From the NCBI GenBank assembly GCA_050273025.1, contig CP158635.1, forward strand, positions 29,822,001 through 29,886,000: a stretch of DNA of 64,000 nucleotides. Reading direction: 5' to 3'. This DNA comes from Cenococcum geophilum (taxonomy: Eukaryota). The translations under genes were made by a program, and so were the position numbers. Under the pieces are notes generated by a model, which was not told the DNA's origin, made no database searches, and was given only the letters and a program-made list of their open reading frames with translations. This document shows positions 61,901 through 64,000 of this stretch, piece after piece (the stretch's first letter is position 1; every line of letters starts with the position of its first letter).

Positions 61901-64000
61901 TTATAAAGCCTATTACTAATCTCCTAAAGGGAGTAAAGAACGGCTGTAAAGCTGGGCCTTTTAGTTAGCTAAAAGAGGCGGAGTAGGCGATACGCCGGCT
62001 CTGCAACGCCTTTATAACGGCGCTGCTTCTATAATACTATACGCCGGGCTTACTAACCTGGTTAGAGACTAATGCCTTAATATAAGGCCTAGCAGCTATT
62101 ATATTACAGCTGTTTAAAGACGGCCTTTAGTATCTAATAGCCTTTTAGTTTAGGAAGCTTTTACTAGTAGAGCGTAATTATAAGACCTATAATTAGGAGC
62201 TACTAGCTATCGTAGAGGCTTTTAAGTATTGGAGATACTATATTAAGGGGCTATTAAGCCGCCTAAAAGTGCTTATAGATTATAATAATCTAAAGGGTTT
62301 TATAAAAGTAAAAGCCCTTAATAGACGGTAAGCTAAATAGGCTATGGCATTAGCTGCCTATAACTTTATCATTAAGTATAGGGCGGGAAAAACGAACCCC
62401 GTAGACGCGCTATTGAGGCAACCCCTAGGCGTAGGGGGTCCGCTAGAAAAAGACACTATGCTACTATTGCTCTATAGGACTTTAGGAATATAGGGCTACT
62501 AACTTAAGGTAAAAGTCCTATTAGGTATATAAGAAAGCGAGCCTTTTATAAAGGTATTGTTTTTACGGCTATAAGCTAGCAACCTAATAGCGGTACGCCT
62601 GGGCTATATAGTATTACGGTTTAACTAGGCAACCTATATATATGCCGTTAAGTAGCGTATAATAAGGACCTAAGTTAGAGAAGCTAGTACTTAAAAGAGT
62701 GCTTATAAGTCCAGTATAGAAATAGTTGTTAAGCTTATTAAAGGACTTTAGACTAAAGATAACTTTATACTATAAAAGCGCAGCAACAGCGTGGATACTG
62801 TAAGACGCCGTTAACGCGCCCGCTTAAAGCTAGTGTGGTAGTTTAATTCCGCTAGATTACTTTATTACCGCGGGAGGCTATATATACCCCTAGACCCAGT
62901 AGTTTATATAAAACTCCTATAGATCTATTACAATAATGCCCTAGCTAGGCACTTTAGTAAGAAAAAGACTCTAGATCTACTTTTGCGTAAGTACTACTGG
63001 CCTAGTATAAATGTGGATATTATAAACTATATCTCTACCTATAATTTATACTAACGTATATATACGCCTTAATATCGCCCTTACGGCAAGCTTTAAGCAC
63101 TGCCTTACCCGGACTAGCCGTGGCAGGAGATTATAATAGACTTTATTATAGGCCTACCGCCTAACAAATAAGGTAATAAGGTATATAACGCAATATATAT
63201 AATAGTTAACCGCTATACTAAGATGGCCTTATATCTACCTATAGTAAAAACTATTACTATAACCGAACTCGCGGATCTCTTCCTTAATAAAATAGTACGC
63301 CGTTTTAGAGCCCCTAGGGGGATTATATCTAATCGCGGTAGTATCTTTACTAGTAAGTTCTAGTCGGAGCTATGCTTTACTATAAAGATAAAACGTAGGC
63401 TAAGTACGGCCTTTTACCTATAAATAGACGGGTAAATAGAACGCCAGAACTAAACCCTAGAGTATTACCTCTGTGTATTCTATAACAAAAAGCAGAGTAA
63501 TTAAGTAGGCCTTTTATTGCTAGCTAAATTTGCCTATAGTAATGCTAAATATAGTATAATAGGTATAAGCCCGTTCTATGCCTATTATAGGTTTTGCCTA
63601 TATCTAGAATATAAGGTTTAGGCGGACGATAGTAGTTCTATTCTAGCCGCCTCTAAAAGGATTAAAAGAATATTCCTTAAACGCGAAGCGCTAGCGAAAC
63701 GCTAGGAGCATGCCGCTAAGTCGTAGGCGAAATACTATAATTGTTATTACTAACTATAGGTATATAAAGTAGGGGATTTAGTCTTACTATTAACTAAGAA
63801 CCTTAAACTAAAAAGGCTAAGTAAGAAACTTATAGCACGCTTTATTGGACCTTTTTATATAGCTAAACTAGTTAGAAAGTAAGTATACCAGCTATATTTA
63901 CCTACGTCTTACCGTATCTACCTAGTGTTCTATATTAGCTTACTAGAGCTATATAAACAACGTAAGGGCACTACTAAAGACCCTTTACTAGGGCCTATTA
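59000..64000 (+). mobile_element. Ty3/Gypsy family D (5' LTR 59000-59202, gag, PR, RT, RH, INT); runs off the window
   Basis: LTR TATTAGG...CCTAACA inserted into the LTR that begins at 58744. Gag CCHC relic ~60385-60430; protease MLNLGAEVN; RT YLNNILIF; integrase IIIDFIIGLP and FIGPF. Confidence 0.9.

Overview
Eukaryotic DNA from a filamentous ascomycete (GT-AG introns with CTAAC/CTGAC-type branch sites; the species cannot be determined from sequence alone). About 70% of the window is AT-rich, RIP-mutated (CpA>TpA, TpG>TpA) transposon sequence in three blocks (1-14.9 kb, 27.9-44.4 kb, 48.7-64 kb). These blocks contain nested Ty3/Gypsy chromoviruses, internally deleted Ty1/Copia elements, solo LTRs, a pogo/Fot1-like DNA transposon and MITEs; many boundaries are resolved to the base by target-site duplications (TSDs). 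Two GC-balanced gene islands lie between them. Island 1 (15.2-27.7 kb) holds an aldehyde dehydrogenase, the N-terminal methyltransferase NTM1/TAE1, MED8, a HeLo-like/SesA-type plus ankyrin gene and a GABA/polyamine-type amino acid permease. Island 2 (44.9-48.6 kb) holds an APH/methylthioribose-kinase-like gene head-to-head with a DUR31-like sodium:solute symporter. The most striking unexplained structure is in two diverged copies of one Gypsy lineage: each carries an antisense, intron-containing accessory gene between the chromodomain and the 3' LTR that, once RIP is reversed, encodes a Zn(II)2Cys6-spaced cysteine cluster plus a coiled coil. The LTRs of this lineage carry variant-specific 8-9 bp tandem arrays just upstream of the TATA-like box, suggesting an element-encoded regulator/binding-site system.
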